A stretch of 64,000 bases of DNA from Octopus sinensis. Lineage: Eukaryota. The notes beneath the pieces were generated by a model. The model made no database searches. It was not told the DNA's origin and saw nothing but the letters and a program-made list of their open reading frames with translations. The DNA lies in the NCBI RefSeq assembly GCF_006345805.1, contig NW_021833427.1, positions 1-64,000 on the forward strand, read 5' to 3'. Below, one piece after another: positions 25,975 to 38,949 of this stretch (position 1 is the stretch's first letter; every line of letters begins with the position of its first letter). Made by a program: the position numbers and the translations under genes.

Positions 25975-26522
25975 GGAAACCTCTGACTATGGTTGAGTGA
26001 AACCTCGAATTATGGTTGGGGGAAACCTCGAATTATGGTTGGGGGAAACCTCGGATTATGGTTGAGGGAAACCTCGGATTATGGTTGAGGGAAACCTCGA
26101 ATTATGGTTGGGGGAAACCTCGGATTATGGTTGGGGGAAACCTCGGATTATGGTTGAGGGAAACCTCGGATTATGGTTGGGGGAAACCTCGGATTATGGT
26201 TGGGGGAAACCTCGGATTATGGTTGAGGGAAACCTCGGATTATGGTTGAGGGAAACCTCGAATTATGGTTGAGTGAAACCTCGGATTATGGTTGACGGAA
26301 ACCTCGGATTATGGTTGAGTGAAACCTCGGATTATGGTTGAGGGAAACCTCGAATTATGGTTGGGGGAAACATCGGATTATGGTTGAGGGAAACCTCGGA
26401 TTATGGTTGAGGGAAACCTCGGATTATGGTTGAGGGAAACCTCGGATTATGGTTGAGGGAAAACTCGGATTGTGGTTGGGGGAAACCTCGGATTATGGTT
26501 GGGGGAAACCTCGGATTATGGT
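25975..26522. repeat. 23-bp minisatellite, ~24 copies (GGGAAACCTCGGATTATGGTTGA)
   Basis: Direct reading; the ORF track shows a 23-aa (3-unit) periodicity. Confidence 0.95.
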
Positions 26523-26689
26523 GGGGAGGGTCTCAGATAAGTCTGTGGTTGATGGGGAAATTTCGGATAATTGTGAGATTGGGCATGTAGATATGATTCT
26601 GGGTTGAGATATTTGCTCCACCCTAGGAAGGAACAAAGTTCATATGATTAACCTCATTATATGGATTCTAAATTTTGGCATAAGGCAAG

Positions 26690-26878
26690 CGATTTCGTGG
26701 GAGGGGATAAGTCGATTACATCAACCCCGGTGTTCAACCGGTACTTATTTTAGCGATCTTGAGAGAATGAAAGGCAAAATCGACCTCGGCAGGATTTGAA
26801 CTCATAACGTAATGACAAGCGAAATGTCGCTAAGCAAATTGCCTGACGTGTTTATGATTCTGCCAGCTCTCCGCCTTG
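26690..26878 (-). mobile_element. SINE-B variant
   Basis: GAATGAAAGGCAAAATCGACCTCGGCAGGATTTGAACTC..CTGCCAGCTCTCCGCC. Confidence 0.8.
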
Positions 26879-27659
26879 TTTAACCTCTTTGTATTAATTA
26901 CTGTTCGTATTGAAGAACTTTTGGAAATTTAGAATTGGTCCACAGTGAAATATAGAATGGTGAGAATCTGATAAAGAAGAGCTGGTTTGAAATACTAAGT
27001 TTTATGGTCAACGGTAAAAGAGCGGCGGGCGTGGCCCTGACGTTTGTAGGACCCAGCTGTTGACTGATAAGATTAACCTGATGACTGATAATCATCTACA
27101 GACCAATTACTACAGAGTTAAACGTGGGTGGGTAGAGAGGAAATTATGGGTGTGGTCTGAATATCTGCAAGAGAGTGACCCCACAACGAAGCAGGTGGTG
27201 GTATTAAACGGATCGGGATATCAAACGTCTACCACCTTGTAGAAAAGGACAGGATAATGGTGATAGGAGCAGAGGGACGGGTGGTTTGGGTTTAACGTAG
27301 TCAACTTAGTTGAAGCATTTTGAAAGAAGGAACGTCAATAAAACGGTGACATATATGTTTGTGTTTGACGATTGTTCAGTTGGGGGCGAGTGGAGGGTGT
27401 TGGAATACACTAGACTGATAAACAGCTTCGAGCGACCTCTATCGTAGAATGAGAAAATTTATCTATGAATCAAGATGATGTGTGAGCGAAAAGGTGATGA
27501 GGTGTGGTTATGGTGTTGGCGGTGGTGGTGGCGGTGGTGGCGGTGGTGGCGGTGGTTGAAGTGGTGATGATATGCTGCGTGGTATGTTATGGCGGTGGTT
27601 GTGGGATGTTGTGGCGGCAGGGGGTGGTTGTTGTTGTTGTTCTTGTTGTTGTGGTGGTG

Positions 27660-27711
<52 letters not shown>

Positions 27712-27881
27712 GGGTTAGATTCACAGAAGCTGATCTTCAGAGAAGCATTTGCCGGCTGACTGAGTCACAAATCACTTTGGTGGATTGCACCCGGGGTAGT
27801 TAACAACATTTACACACACACACACACACATGCACACGTACACACACACACACACACACACACCACACACAAACACACACA

Positions 27882-27918
<37 letters not shown>

Positions 27919-28057
27919 CACACACACGTACACACACACACACACACACTCATACACACGCACACAACACACACCACACAACCACACACACACACACACA
28001 CACTCATACACACGCACACACACACGTACACACACACACACCACACACCACTCATAC

Positions 28058-28111
<54 letters not shown>

Positions 28112-28215
28112 AGAATAAAGAAAGAACGAAAAGGCAAAAAAAAGACAAGGAAAAAGTAACAAAAATGAAATGAAAATTGAAGAAACGGAAACGTTGAAAG
28201 TTGGATGTGAATGGA

Positions 28216-28266
<51 letters not shown>

Positions 28267-28726
28267 GTGTGTGTGTGTGTGTGTGTGTAAAGGCTACAAA
28301 GTGAGGGATTTCTTCAAGTAGAACCACCAATTGAACATGAAAGATAGGTGCAACCCAATCTTGTTGATATCTTATTAAAACAGGTAACCCGACACTGTTT
28401 TAGCCAAAGGCTTCGTTTGGATATCTCCTACCTGTCAAACCTCACCTCCAATTAAACACACCGCCACCACCACCACCCACTTTCACAGCTAAACATATCT
28501 TTTATTCTATCCTTTCTTCTGTCTCCTCTTTCTAACTCTCTTTCTCTCTCCCCATATCAGTGTCTCTCTCTCTCTCTCATTCTCTCTCATTCTCTAATCT
28601 CTTTCATTCTCTCCCTCTCTCTTCCATTCTATCTCTCTGTCTTCCCCTCTCTCCTTTTTTCGTTTCTCCCCTATTTTTAGATTATCATCTCTTTCTACTT
28701 TTACTCTTTTTCTCTCCCTCTTTTCC

Positions 28727-28801
<75 letters not shown>

Positions 28802-28920
28802 TCCTGCCATAACATTTGTCTTGCTCAGCCTCCTCATCTGCCAACATGTCGACCAACAGCCACAGAAGGTAATGTCTGACCTTCAATTCGTGTTTACCTT
28901 ACACATACAACCACATTATT

Positions 28921-29600
28921 AGTTCGTCCGTCGTTCTCGACGATGACCAAGGACAAGAAGAAGACGGGGCACGGTGTGTCCAGCTGTGGCCGATCAGTCC
29001 GATATATGTCCGAAAGGCTCTGCCGCAGATCGGACACCGGTGGTCAGTTGGGACTAAATGCAAGGAGTTGCCTCTGGACTTGCGTAATTCGCATTTTCTT
29101 CGTGACTCTGCGAGACTGTTCCGTTCATAGGAAGTAGCACTTCTGCTAGTGCATCTTCGCTTGGCCGGGCGGCCTTGTGTTCGCGTTTCTCAGGGGTCGA
29201 GGTTGGTCTCAAATCTCTTCAGTGAGGCTTTGAGTGAGTCCTTAAAGTGCTTTTTCCTGTCCAGCTTGCGTGCGCTTGCGCTGTAAAACAATCTCTTGAG
29301 AGAGTCACGTGTCAGACGTTCCAACAAGCTGGGCTGCTCACCTGACTTGCGCTCTCTTCAGCAGTGTGTAAATGCTTGACAGGTCAGCTTGAGAGAGGAC
29401 CTTCGTGTCTGAGACCTTGTCTTGCCAAGTGATTCTCAGCAGCTTTCTCAGACACTTCCTGTGGAAATGGTTCAGCTTTTTGGCGTGGCGTTCGCAAACC
29501 GTCCAAGACTCGCCGGCATAAAGTAATGTAGGCTTGGTACATTACTTTACCTGCTTGGTACACCTTCAATTTCGTGGTCGGCCAAATGTCTCTCCTCCCT
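28921..29600 (-). mobile_element. RTE/BovB-clade LINE, 5'-truncated 3' fragment with disrupted ORF
   Basis: Minus translation PTLLYAGESWTVCERHAKKLNHFHRKCLRKLLRITWQDKVSDTKVL..FKDSLKASLKRF..CPICGRAFRTYIGLIGHSWTH (C2H2-type end), with stops and frameshifts. Confidence 0.9.
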
Positions 29601-30319
29601 CACACTGATTAAGATGCCGTTACAGTATGATTGGAGGAAGATATAGCTACTGTTTCCAGGCGGTTGTGATGCTCCCTCGTCGGTCCAATGTTGTAGTAGG
29701 AGAACAATATATGGAATCTCCAGAATTCTTGGAACAATACAAGAGACTTAGTTGTAAAAGCACGGAAAACTGTTTGGCTTAACAATAGACTCAACATCTT
29801 TGGAAAACAGGAAATCGGGGCACCGAACTAGAAACAACATTGCCAAACTACACCACCACAACCACCATCCTCATCACCACCGCCACCACCACCACCATCT
29901 CTGTTGTCAGTTCCAATGGCCTTGACTTCTAATGACATTGTTTTGAATTTTTCCAAAACTGCCAGAACTGTTTCTGATTAGCTCACCTTCCACCATCACC
30001 ATCACCACCACCATTATCACCACCATCACTACCACCACCACCACCGTCAACACTAACACTCACACTACCGCCACAAGCACAACTGATGGCTTCAACCATC
30101 AACACCATTACCACTACCACCGATACCAACACCAATACTACAAACAATAGCGATACGACAAATTATCACTGGCACCGCCACCACCGGCACCACCTCCTCC
30201 ACACTGCCGGCACCACTAGCGCCGCTACCACACATTATCTCTCACATCCGGGTTATATGTAAACCAGTTATAAAAATAACATTTTACATCTAATTAACTG
30301 CCATCTTTATTTCCTCCAA

Positions 30320-30704
30320 TGACCCTGCCTGTCTGCCTGTCTACCTGTCTGTCAGTTTGGCTTTGGCAATGTATGTGTGTGTATATGTATGTATGTGTGT
30401 GTATGTATGTGTGTGTATGTATGTATGCGTGTTTATGTACGTGTGTGTATGTATGTATGCGTGTGTATGTACGTGTGTGTGTGTATGTATGTGTGTATGT
30501 ATGTATGTGTGTATGTATGTATGTTTGTATGTATGTGTGTATGTGTGTGTATGTGTATATGTATGTAATGTATTTATGTATGTATGTAGTGCATATATGT
30601 ATGTATGTTTGTATATATGCGTGTATGTATGCATGCATGTATATATGTATTATGTATGAATGTATGTCTGTATGTATGTTTGTATGTGTGTGTATATGTA
30701 TGTG

Positions 30705-30736
<32 letters not shown>

Positions 30737-31755
30737 TGTATGTATCTGTGTATGCATGTATGCATGTATGTATGTATATAAAGATGTAAGGGTGTATGTA
30801 TGCCTCTACGTACATGTGTATGAAAGGATGTATATATATATGTATGTATGTATGTAGGTGTATGTGATTGTGTATCAATGTATATGTATGTATGTGCATG
30901 TATGTATGTATGTACATATGTATGACGTGTGTACGTGTATGTAACTGTACCTGTATGTGTGTGTACGTATGTACGTATGTATATGTATGTGCGCACGTGC
31001 GCGTATGTGTGTGTCCCCTTGTCTGGCTGTCCGTCTGTCTGTCTGTCTGTCTCTATGTCCGCTCCTCCTTATATTTATCCAATACCACCAATCCTGTAAT
31101 TCCTTCCTCAGATTATCATCCTTCCCCGCCACCTCCACCACCCCCCCCCCCACCACCAGAATCGCCAGCGTCACGTGACACATCCCCACCAACACCCCTA
31201 TCATGTGATTAAAAAACTTCAACCCCATCACGTGGCAGGCCATATTTTCCCACGTAAAATATGGACTGAAAGAAAGTTAGTTTATTGTGTGCGTACGTGT
31301 GTGTATATACATACAAACATACATACATGCATGCATGCATGCATACATACATACATACATACATACATACATACATACACACATACATACATACATACAT
31401 ACATACATACATACACACATACATACATACATACATACATACATACATACAAACATACATACATACATACATACATACATACATACATACATACATACAT
31501 ACATACATACATACATACACACATACATACATACATACATACACACATATATACATACATACACATCATACATACATACATACATACATACATACACCTA
31601 CATACATACATACATACATACATACATACATACATACATACATACATACACACATACATACATACATACATACATACATACATACATACATACATACATA
31701 CACACATACATACATACATACATACATACATACATACATACATACATACATACAT
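30320..31755. repeat. (TATG)n block followed by opposite-orientation (CATA)n block
   Basis: Direct reading: 30370-31015 TATG-type, 31310-31755 CATA-type. Confidence 0.9.
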
Positions 31756-31854
31756 GTTATGCATGCCAGGGTCGACATTCTATTTCATCCTTTAGGATAA
31801 ACGCAGTAAAAGTTGCTTGCTTTGTGACGAAATTTGGAACAGTTGTTATATATT

Positions 31855-32155
31855 ATAGCTCTTTTGTATGACCAACGAACAGAGGGATACTGCGGTCAAG
31901 GAAGACCCGTCCTGAGGTACAATGACAATTTGAAGCAATCATTAAAACCTCTAGAACTTAATTTGACATCTTGGAAAAGTTATTGACTTGATCAATCTGC
32001 CTGGCGTAAAATGAGCCATGATGTATCAAAACCATTTGCGTTGAAGAAACAGAACAATGAAAGAACTATATCTTGCAACCAGCAGACATGTCTGTTTAAT
32101 CCCAGGCAAAATCAATATTCCCATAGAAAAATCCATACCTGGGCTCAAATTATTC
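31855..32155 (+). pseudogene. Decayed RTE/BovB LINE ORF C-terminal fragment
   Basis: Plus translation LLYDQRTEGYCGQGRPVLRYNDNLKQSLKPLELNLTSWKSY*LDQSAWRK matches the RTE pattern G.R..GRP.LRYKD.LK.SL..W..LA.DRS.WR. Confidence 0.7.
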
Positions 32156-32220
32156 TCGCATCCATCGCAATTATATACAGCTTCTTTTATTTTTAAATTG
32201 TCTTTTTTCCTCATTTTCCC

Positions 32221-32448
<228 letters not shown>

Positions 32449-32559
32449 AAGTGTGTGGATCGGTTGGTCGGTCAAAAGGCTTAATGGTCATTAGGTTCGG
32501 CTATCAGATTCCACCCAGCTCGATACATATCTCTATATGTGTGGGAATGTATATATATA

Positions 32560-32745
32560 TAGTTAATCCAAACATGAAAACACAAAGAGAAAACACAACA
32601 ACGCGAGGACGTGGAACAAATATAGTGTTATTGGACGCTCAGGAAAGGAAAGAAAGAAGGGGGATTTGACGTTTCGAGAGGAGCTCTTCGTCGGAAACAT
32701 AGAAAAAGGAAAGATCCAAGGAAGGGAAGACCAAGAAAGAAAATC

Positions 32746-32748
<3 letters not shown>
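32560..32748 (-). mobile_element. PLE-derived module D, solitary copy
   Basis: Homologous to 8315-8519; minus motif CCGACGAAGAGCTCCTCTCGAAACGTCA at 32694->32667; flanked by (TA)n. Confidence 0.7.
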
Positions 32749-32825
<77 letters not shown>

Positions 32826-32974
32826 TGTTTTAGAGAGAGAGAGAGAGTGTGTGTGTGTGTGTGTGTGTATGTCCAAAGCTGTAGTACAGTGGAATTGAAA
32901 CAGCTTTCACGTAGTTGCAAAGTATACTTACACAGCTACAATTTGAAACCGTGTCGACCATGCTCCACATATTG

Positions 32975-33185
32975 TTGTTGTTCTTTAATCCCAGGTCAAG
33001 GTCCATGCAGCAGATACATAGGCAAAAGCGCTCCACCCGTTACACTCAAGATTTTTTTTCTTCACACATGGTATATCTAACACACCCATTATCCCGTGTG
33101 GCCTTCCATTCTTAGACGGCATAGTGGAATTTGAGGGAGATCCGACTGCTGTTTTTTAACAGTTCAAGCGAACTGGTCATGGCAG
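32975..33185 (+). mobile_element. Unclassified ~200-bp interspersed repeat family J
   Basis: Shared motifs GACCTATGATCAAAG..CCAGCC and GAGATTTGGCTGCTATTTCTAGCAG recur near 630, 9280, 39720, 42070, 48200-48380, 52025, 56440 and 57340. Confidence 0.55.
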
Positions 33186-33254
33186 TGAGTGATGTGAAAT
33201 ACTTCTCCCCGGGATGTGGAGTTAAGCCACTGATTCGGTAGGGAAGGTGCTTAC

Positions 33255-33359
33255 CTCTGTAGATTCTAACAACGGAGCGATGTTAACATTCCACAGCTGT
33301 CGCAACACGTTCTTCAACTGCAGACATTCTTGTATTTTGGCTTCACGGATATCTCTCAT
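33255..33359 (-). CDS. Candidate first coding exon of an unidentified gene (MRDIREAKIQECLQLKNVLRQLWNVNIAPLLESTE)
   Basis: Non-repetitive 35-codon frame ending at a strong donor GAG|GTAAGC (33255/33254, phase 0); acceptor TTTAGTTTTCAG| at 33479/33478 would give a 224-nt exon with 5'UTR. No homologue recognised and no partner exon found. Confidence 0.4.
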
Positions 33360-34115
33360 TAAACATAAAACCCCTTTATTACCCCTTTTTCTTCTTTTAC
33401 TTCGTCACTTCTCTCTTTATTACAAAGAGGGCGCTACTTGCGATCTTTACTGATAACTGCCTCTCGTTAATGTGCTCCCTGAAAACTAAATTCTAAGCGA
33501 TAGCATTATAAACATTCATGTGGAGTGGGATACGGAGCGGGGGTGGGGGTTAATAAGGGAGGGAGGTCATACGGAGAGGAGAGAGGGTCGAGGATGGATA
33601 GGGGACGGAGGGGGGGCTTTAGTCTGAGTCTCTTAATTTTTTCCTTTTCTTTTTTGTTTTGAAGATTGAAGACGATAGAATCTCAGAACGACACAGAATG
33701 AGGGGGGAAGAGCGAGAGGAGAAAATTAGAGGAAGTGAGAGGATGGGGGTTGAAAGATGAAGAAGACGGTGTAGATGAGGAGGAGGGAGGATGTGAGGGT
33801 GAGGGAGAATGAAGCGTGGGTGGGAGATATATGGGTACATGTATGACACCCTAAGGGGCCTCAACGAGACAGGGTGCGTTGGCGGTTTGGAGTTTGCTTA
33901 GACAAACACAAGACACATACATATGCACAAGCACACACACACACACACACACATATAATATAATATATGTGTGTGTGTGTGTGTATATACATTGACATGT
34001 ACTCTTACATACATACATACATACAGGCACACATATATAACATGTGTTGTGGTGTTTATATATATATATATTATATATATATATATATGATGTTTTGCGT
34101 TCTTGTCCCATTTTG

Positions 34116-34181
<66 letters not shown>

Positions 34182-34944
34182 CATATGGCGTGTACATGTA
34201 TTTGTGTGTGTATGTGTGCGTGCGTGTCTGTGTGTGGACATGCTGAAAAGAGCCTGGCCTTAGGTAAAAGAAAATAGAAGAGGATCAGTTAATTACGATT
34301 TTATTTCGACGATTCCTCCCTCAGAGTCCCTCATTTACTTCAGTCGTCCTTCGGTTATTTCTAAGCCCTGTACCACACTAAAAAAAATTTTTAAATATAA
34401 GATGGTTAAATAACTGCTACACCAGATGGGCGCAAAAAAAAAATACATGTATAGGTGTTAAGAAGATGTGTCTGTCTTTTTCTTGCTTTCTTTCTTTTTT
34501 TCTTTTCTTTTTTGCCAAAAAAAAAACGTTAGACATTAGAAGACGAATGTCTGGCGGGTTTAAAATCTAAAAAACAAGCAAGGGAGATAAGTCAATACTA
34601 TAAGCTTGCCTAAACATTTAGACAATAAATATTATGTAATTTAGTGCAGGTCTTGTCTTTAGAGCCAACAAGTTTATCGAACAGTTTTTAGTTTGTTCGA
34701 TATATAACATATATGAGACTATCTAGTGTACGTCTTCTTTTCTTGACAGATATGTATTATATATGTGTGTGTATGTCAGTGTGTGTGTGTGTATTTGAGT
34801 GCCTGCAAATACAAGTATGTACATGTGTATGTATGTCAATATTTAGTTTATTTCAAAATTTCTTGCCAATAGAGAAAGAGCCGGTTTCTAACCTAGATTC
34901 AAGGCTCCTTCATTGGAACTTCAACAACATCAACAGGGTATTTT

Positions 34945-35616
34945 TGTATGTATGTATGTATGTATGTATGTAAGTATGTAAGTATGTAAGTATGTATGTA
35001 TGTATGTATGTATGTATTTATATAAGTATGTATGTATGTATGTATGTATGTATGTATGTATGTATGTGTGTATGTATGTATGTATGTATGTATGTGTGTA
35101 TGTGTGTATGTATGTATGTATGTATGTATGTATTTATATAAGTATGTATGTATGTATGTATGTCTGTATGTGTGTATGTATGTATGTATGTATGTATTTA
35201 GTATGTGTGTATGTTGTAGTATGTATGTATGTGTGTATGTATGTATGTATGTAGTGGTATGTATGTATGTATGTGTGTATGTAGTATGTATGTTGTATGT
35301 GTGTATGTATGTATTTATGTATGTATGTATTATAAGTATGTATTTATGTATGTATGTATGTATGTGGTGTGTATGTATGTATGTATTTATGTAAGTATGT
35401 AGGTAGGTATGTTAGGTATGTATGTATGTGTGTATGTATTATGTATGTATGTATGTATGTATGTAAGTATGTATGTGTATGTATGTATGTATGTATGTAT
35501 TTATGTAAGTATGTATGTATTATGTATGTATGTATGTGGGTATGTATGTATGTATGTATGTATGTATGTATGTATGTAGTATGTATGTCTGTATGTTATT
35601 TATATAAGTATGTATG

Positions 35617-35647
<31 letters not shown>

Positions 35648-36303
35648 TGTATGTATGTTGTATGTATGTATGTATGTATGTTTTATATAAGTATGTATGT
35701 ATGTATGTTATGTATGTATGTATGTATGTGTGTATGTATGTATGTATTATGTAGTATGTATGTAGTGTATGTATGTATTTATATATTAATGTATGGTTTG
35801 TATTGTATGATGTCTGATGTGGTGTATGTATGTAGTATTTATGTATGTATGTGTGTATGTATGTATGTATTTATGTATGTATGTATGTATTCATTTATGT
35901 ATTATGTATGTATGTATGTATGTATGTTTATGTATGTATGTATGTGTGGTATGTATGTATGTATGTATGTATGTGTGTGTCTGTATGTATGTATGTATGT
36001 AGTATGTGTGTATGTAGGTGTTGAGTATTTTGTATGTATGTTATGTAGTTATGTAAGTATGTATGTTGTAATGTATGTATTTATGTAAGTATGTATGTAT
36101 GTATGTTGTATGTATGTGTGTATGTATGTATGTATGTATGTGTGTATGTATGTATGTATGTGTGTATTTATGTATTATGTTGGTATGTATGTATGTATGT
36201 ATGTATTTATGTAAGTATGTATGTAGTGTGTATGTATGTATGTATGTGTGTATGTATTATGTATGTATGTAGTATGTATGTATGTATGTATGTATTATGT
36301 AAG

Positions 36304-36334
<31 letters not shown>

Positions 36335-36375
36335 GTATGTTGTATGTGTGTATGTATGTATGTATGTATGTATGT
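34945..36375. repeat. Noisy (TATG)n array, ~1.4 kb
   Basis: Direct reading; many 1-nt indels. Confidence 0.93.
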
Positions 36376-36473
36376 ATATAAGGATGGATGGATGAATGTA
36401 CACATTTGTATGGTTTGTTTTATGCATGTATTCTCATGCATATAGTTACATATCTAGAAATGCTCATATATAT

Positions 36474-36731
36474 TTAAATGATAAACTTCTGGAAAGTTTT
36501 ACAGATTTTTACAGTTCCACTGATGGCTTGGATCTGTAGTCTTCGAATCAGCTTTCTCCTTTCTGGTTTTGAGAAGTGTAATTTCTGAAGATTAGTATTT
36601 AGGCAATGTATTACATGTCCCGGGGCCCCAATAATTACAGGTATAAACCTGAACTTGTAATATGGATAGAGTAACTGCAGATTTCTCAATAGTTCAGCAT
36701 AGGTACTCACTTTTTCACTGATCTTCAGCTT
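36474..36731 (-). CDS. C-terminal remnant of R4/Dong-like ORF (restriction-like endonuclease end)
   Basis: Open frame IKLKISEKVSTYAELLRNLQLLYPYYKFRFIPVIIGAPGHVIHCLNTNLQKLHFSKPERRKLIRRLQIQAISGTVKICKTFQKFII*. Confidence 0.72.
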   Translation of the reverse strand, partial: KLKISEKVSTYAELLRNLQLLYPYYKFRFIPVIIGAPGHVIHCLNTNLQKLHFSKPERRKLIRRLQIQAISGTVKICKTFQKFII

Positions 36732-37188
36732 TATATATATATATATGTATGTTTATATGTGTATGTGTGTGTGTGTGTGTGTGGTGTGTGTGTGTGTGTG
36801 TGTGTGTGCAAACCCCCACCACCGTATGTTCCTTTTCCCCTCCTTTCTTTAATTCCAAATTGCTTTTACCGTCATTCCTCAATTTATTCAAGAGATCAAA
36901 TTTCTTTGGAGTTAAGACAGACTACCACCACCACCACCACCACCACCATCACCACCACCACCACCACCATCACCACCACCACCACCACCATCACCACCAC
37001 CACCACCACCACCACCATCATCACATCCATTCACCAGCACCAGCATCACCAACACCACCATCGCCCATATAATATCTATTCCACACCGTTAATCCTGTCT
37101 GACTGACTGACTGTCTGCATGTCTTCGACAATCTAATTCCTGTGTATTCCACTCCTTAACCTCTTCAGTTTTAGCCAAAATATAGATC

Positions 37189-37235
37189 TGACCTTTGACC
37201 TTTAATTAAGGCAAGATTTTTTTCACCTTTGACCT
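37189..37235 (-). promoter_or_regulatory. Paired DR1 nuclear-receptor elements with an intervening TAATTA
   Basis: TGACCTTTGACCT (37189-37201; AGGTCA-A-AGGTCA on minus) and TCACCTTTGACCT (37223-37235). Confidence 0.45.
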
Positions 37236-37392
37236 TTACAGCTTGCCTGATTGCTGTTTCGATTACAGACCAAGTCCCTTTCACAACCCAACATCTACAA
37301 CAACAAGAGGCATTCTTGCATCGTTTGACATGGAACTGACAAATTACTATTCTCTCTGCCTTGCCGGGATGCCCTCTCCCCACCCTCTCTCT

Positions 37393-37431
<39 letters not shown>

Positions 37432-37803
37432 TAATCTACCTCCCTGTGTCTCTCTTTCTCTCACTTAATTTCAATCTCTCTCGCTTTCTTTCTCTCTCTC
37501 TCTCTTTCCTACTTTCTATCTCTCACTCTTAATTTCCTCCTGTTTATCTGTCTGTTTGTCTCTCTCTCTCACTCTCTCTCTATCTCACCCTCTTTCTCAC
37601 TCTCTCTTAATCTCCCTCTGTCTGTCTCTCTTTCTTTCTGTCTATCTGTCTGCCTCTCTCTCTCTCTCTGTGTATCTATCTATCTCTTTCTGTCTCTGTC
37701 ACTCTCTTAGTCTTCCTCTGTCTATTTCTTTCACTCTCTTAATCTCCCTCTTTCCTCTCTCTGTCCATCTGTCGGTCTGTTTCTTTCAATCTCTCAATCT
37801 CCC

Positions 37804-37845
<42 letters not shown>

Positions 37846-38224
37846 GTTTCTCTTCTTTCCTAGATTCCATCTCACTGCGTACCATGTCGACAAAGTGTCT
37901 TTACCTTTGCCTCGAGTCTATTTATGCCTCATGAATAAAATTGGGTTGACAGAAACGGTACGGAAGCCCATCAGATAGACTGCACCAGTAATCTATTTGT
38001 CCAGCTTTGTCCCATAATTCGGTCTAAGAATTCCATTAGGAGCACACATGTCCGTAGAATACTCAGCCACTTATTCATTAATTTATCGATTCCGACGTAC
38101 TGTTGTTTGAACAAGTGAGGAGTCATCGTCGAGAGAGGCGGAGAACCATTACTGCTTTGATCTGATAGTTCTAATTTAGTTATCCTGACATATCATCTAT
38201 GTTTACTCCCTTCCCTCAATGGGG

Positions 38225-38845
38225 AGGCACCGGTATAGCTGTGTAGTAACAGGTTTGCTTCCCAACCACATGGTTCCGGGTTCAATCCAACTACGTGGCA
38301 CCTTAGGCAACCCCGGGCCTTGCGGGTGGATTTCGAAGACGGAAACTAAAAGAAATTCATCGTATATGCGCAGGAGTGGCTGTGTGGTAAGTAGCTTGCT
38401 TACGAACCACATGGTTCCGGGTTCAGTCCCACTGCGTGACACCTTGGGCAAGTGTCTTCTACTATAGCCTCGGGCCGACCAAAGCCTTGTGAGTGGATTT
38501 GGTAGACGGAAACTGAAAGAAGCCTGTCGGATATATATGTATATGTGTATATATGTATATATGTGTGTGTGTGTGCGTATGTATGTATGTATGTATGTAT
38601 GTATGTATGTATGTATGTATGTATGTGTGTATATGTTTGTGTGTCTGTGTTTGGCCCCCAACATCACTTGCCAACTGATGCTGGTGTGTTTATGTCCACG
38701 TAACGTAGCGGTTCAACCAAAAGTACCGACTGAATTAGTAACAGGCTTTAACAAATAAGTACTGACTCGATTCGTTCGGCTAAACCCTCGTAGGCGATGC
38801 TCCAGCATGGCCGCAGTTCAATGACAGAAACAAGTAAAAGCTAAG
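38225..38845 (+). mobile_element. SINE-A preceded by a second, more decayed head (head dimer)
   Basis: ACCACATGGTTCCGGGTTCA occurs twice (~38266 and ~38406); full body with (TATG)n and tail follows. Confidence 0.82.
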
Positions 38846-38909
38846 AGATTCAGACCAATACAGACCTCTCTAAGCTACATTACTCTTAGCCTCTCTCTCT
38901 CTCTCTTTC

Positions 38910-38949
<40 letters not shown>

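Larger units (their letters stand above)
34840..36735 (-). mobile_element. 5'-truncated R4/Dong-like (RLE-type) non-LTR retrotransposon; 3'UTR apparently interrupted by ~1.4 kb (TACA)n
   Basis: ORF end KISEKVSTYAELL..FIPVIIGAPG..IQAISGTVKICK fits the R4/Dong pattern EK..KY..L..V.P.V.GALG..Q..L.GT..I; a unique tail segment ending AATAAACTAAAT (34945->34845) is linked by inference. Confidence 0.7.

Noticed and set aside
25975-26522. CRISPR array (also considered for 16322-16665)
   Set aside because: No unique spacers, no cas genes, eukaryotic context.
28829-28868. 40-nt plus-strand micro-exon with ATG (MSTNSHR) and GTAATG donor
   Set aside because: The acceptor tract is just a (CT)n microsatellite and no partner exon was found; plausible by chance.
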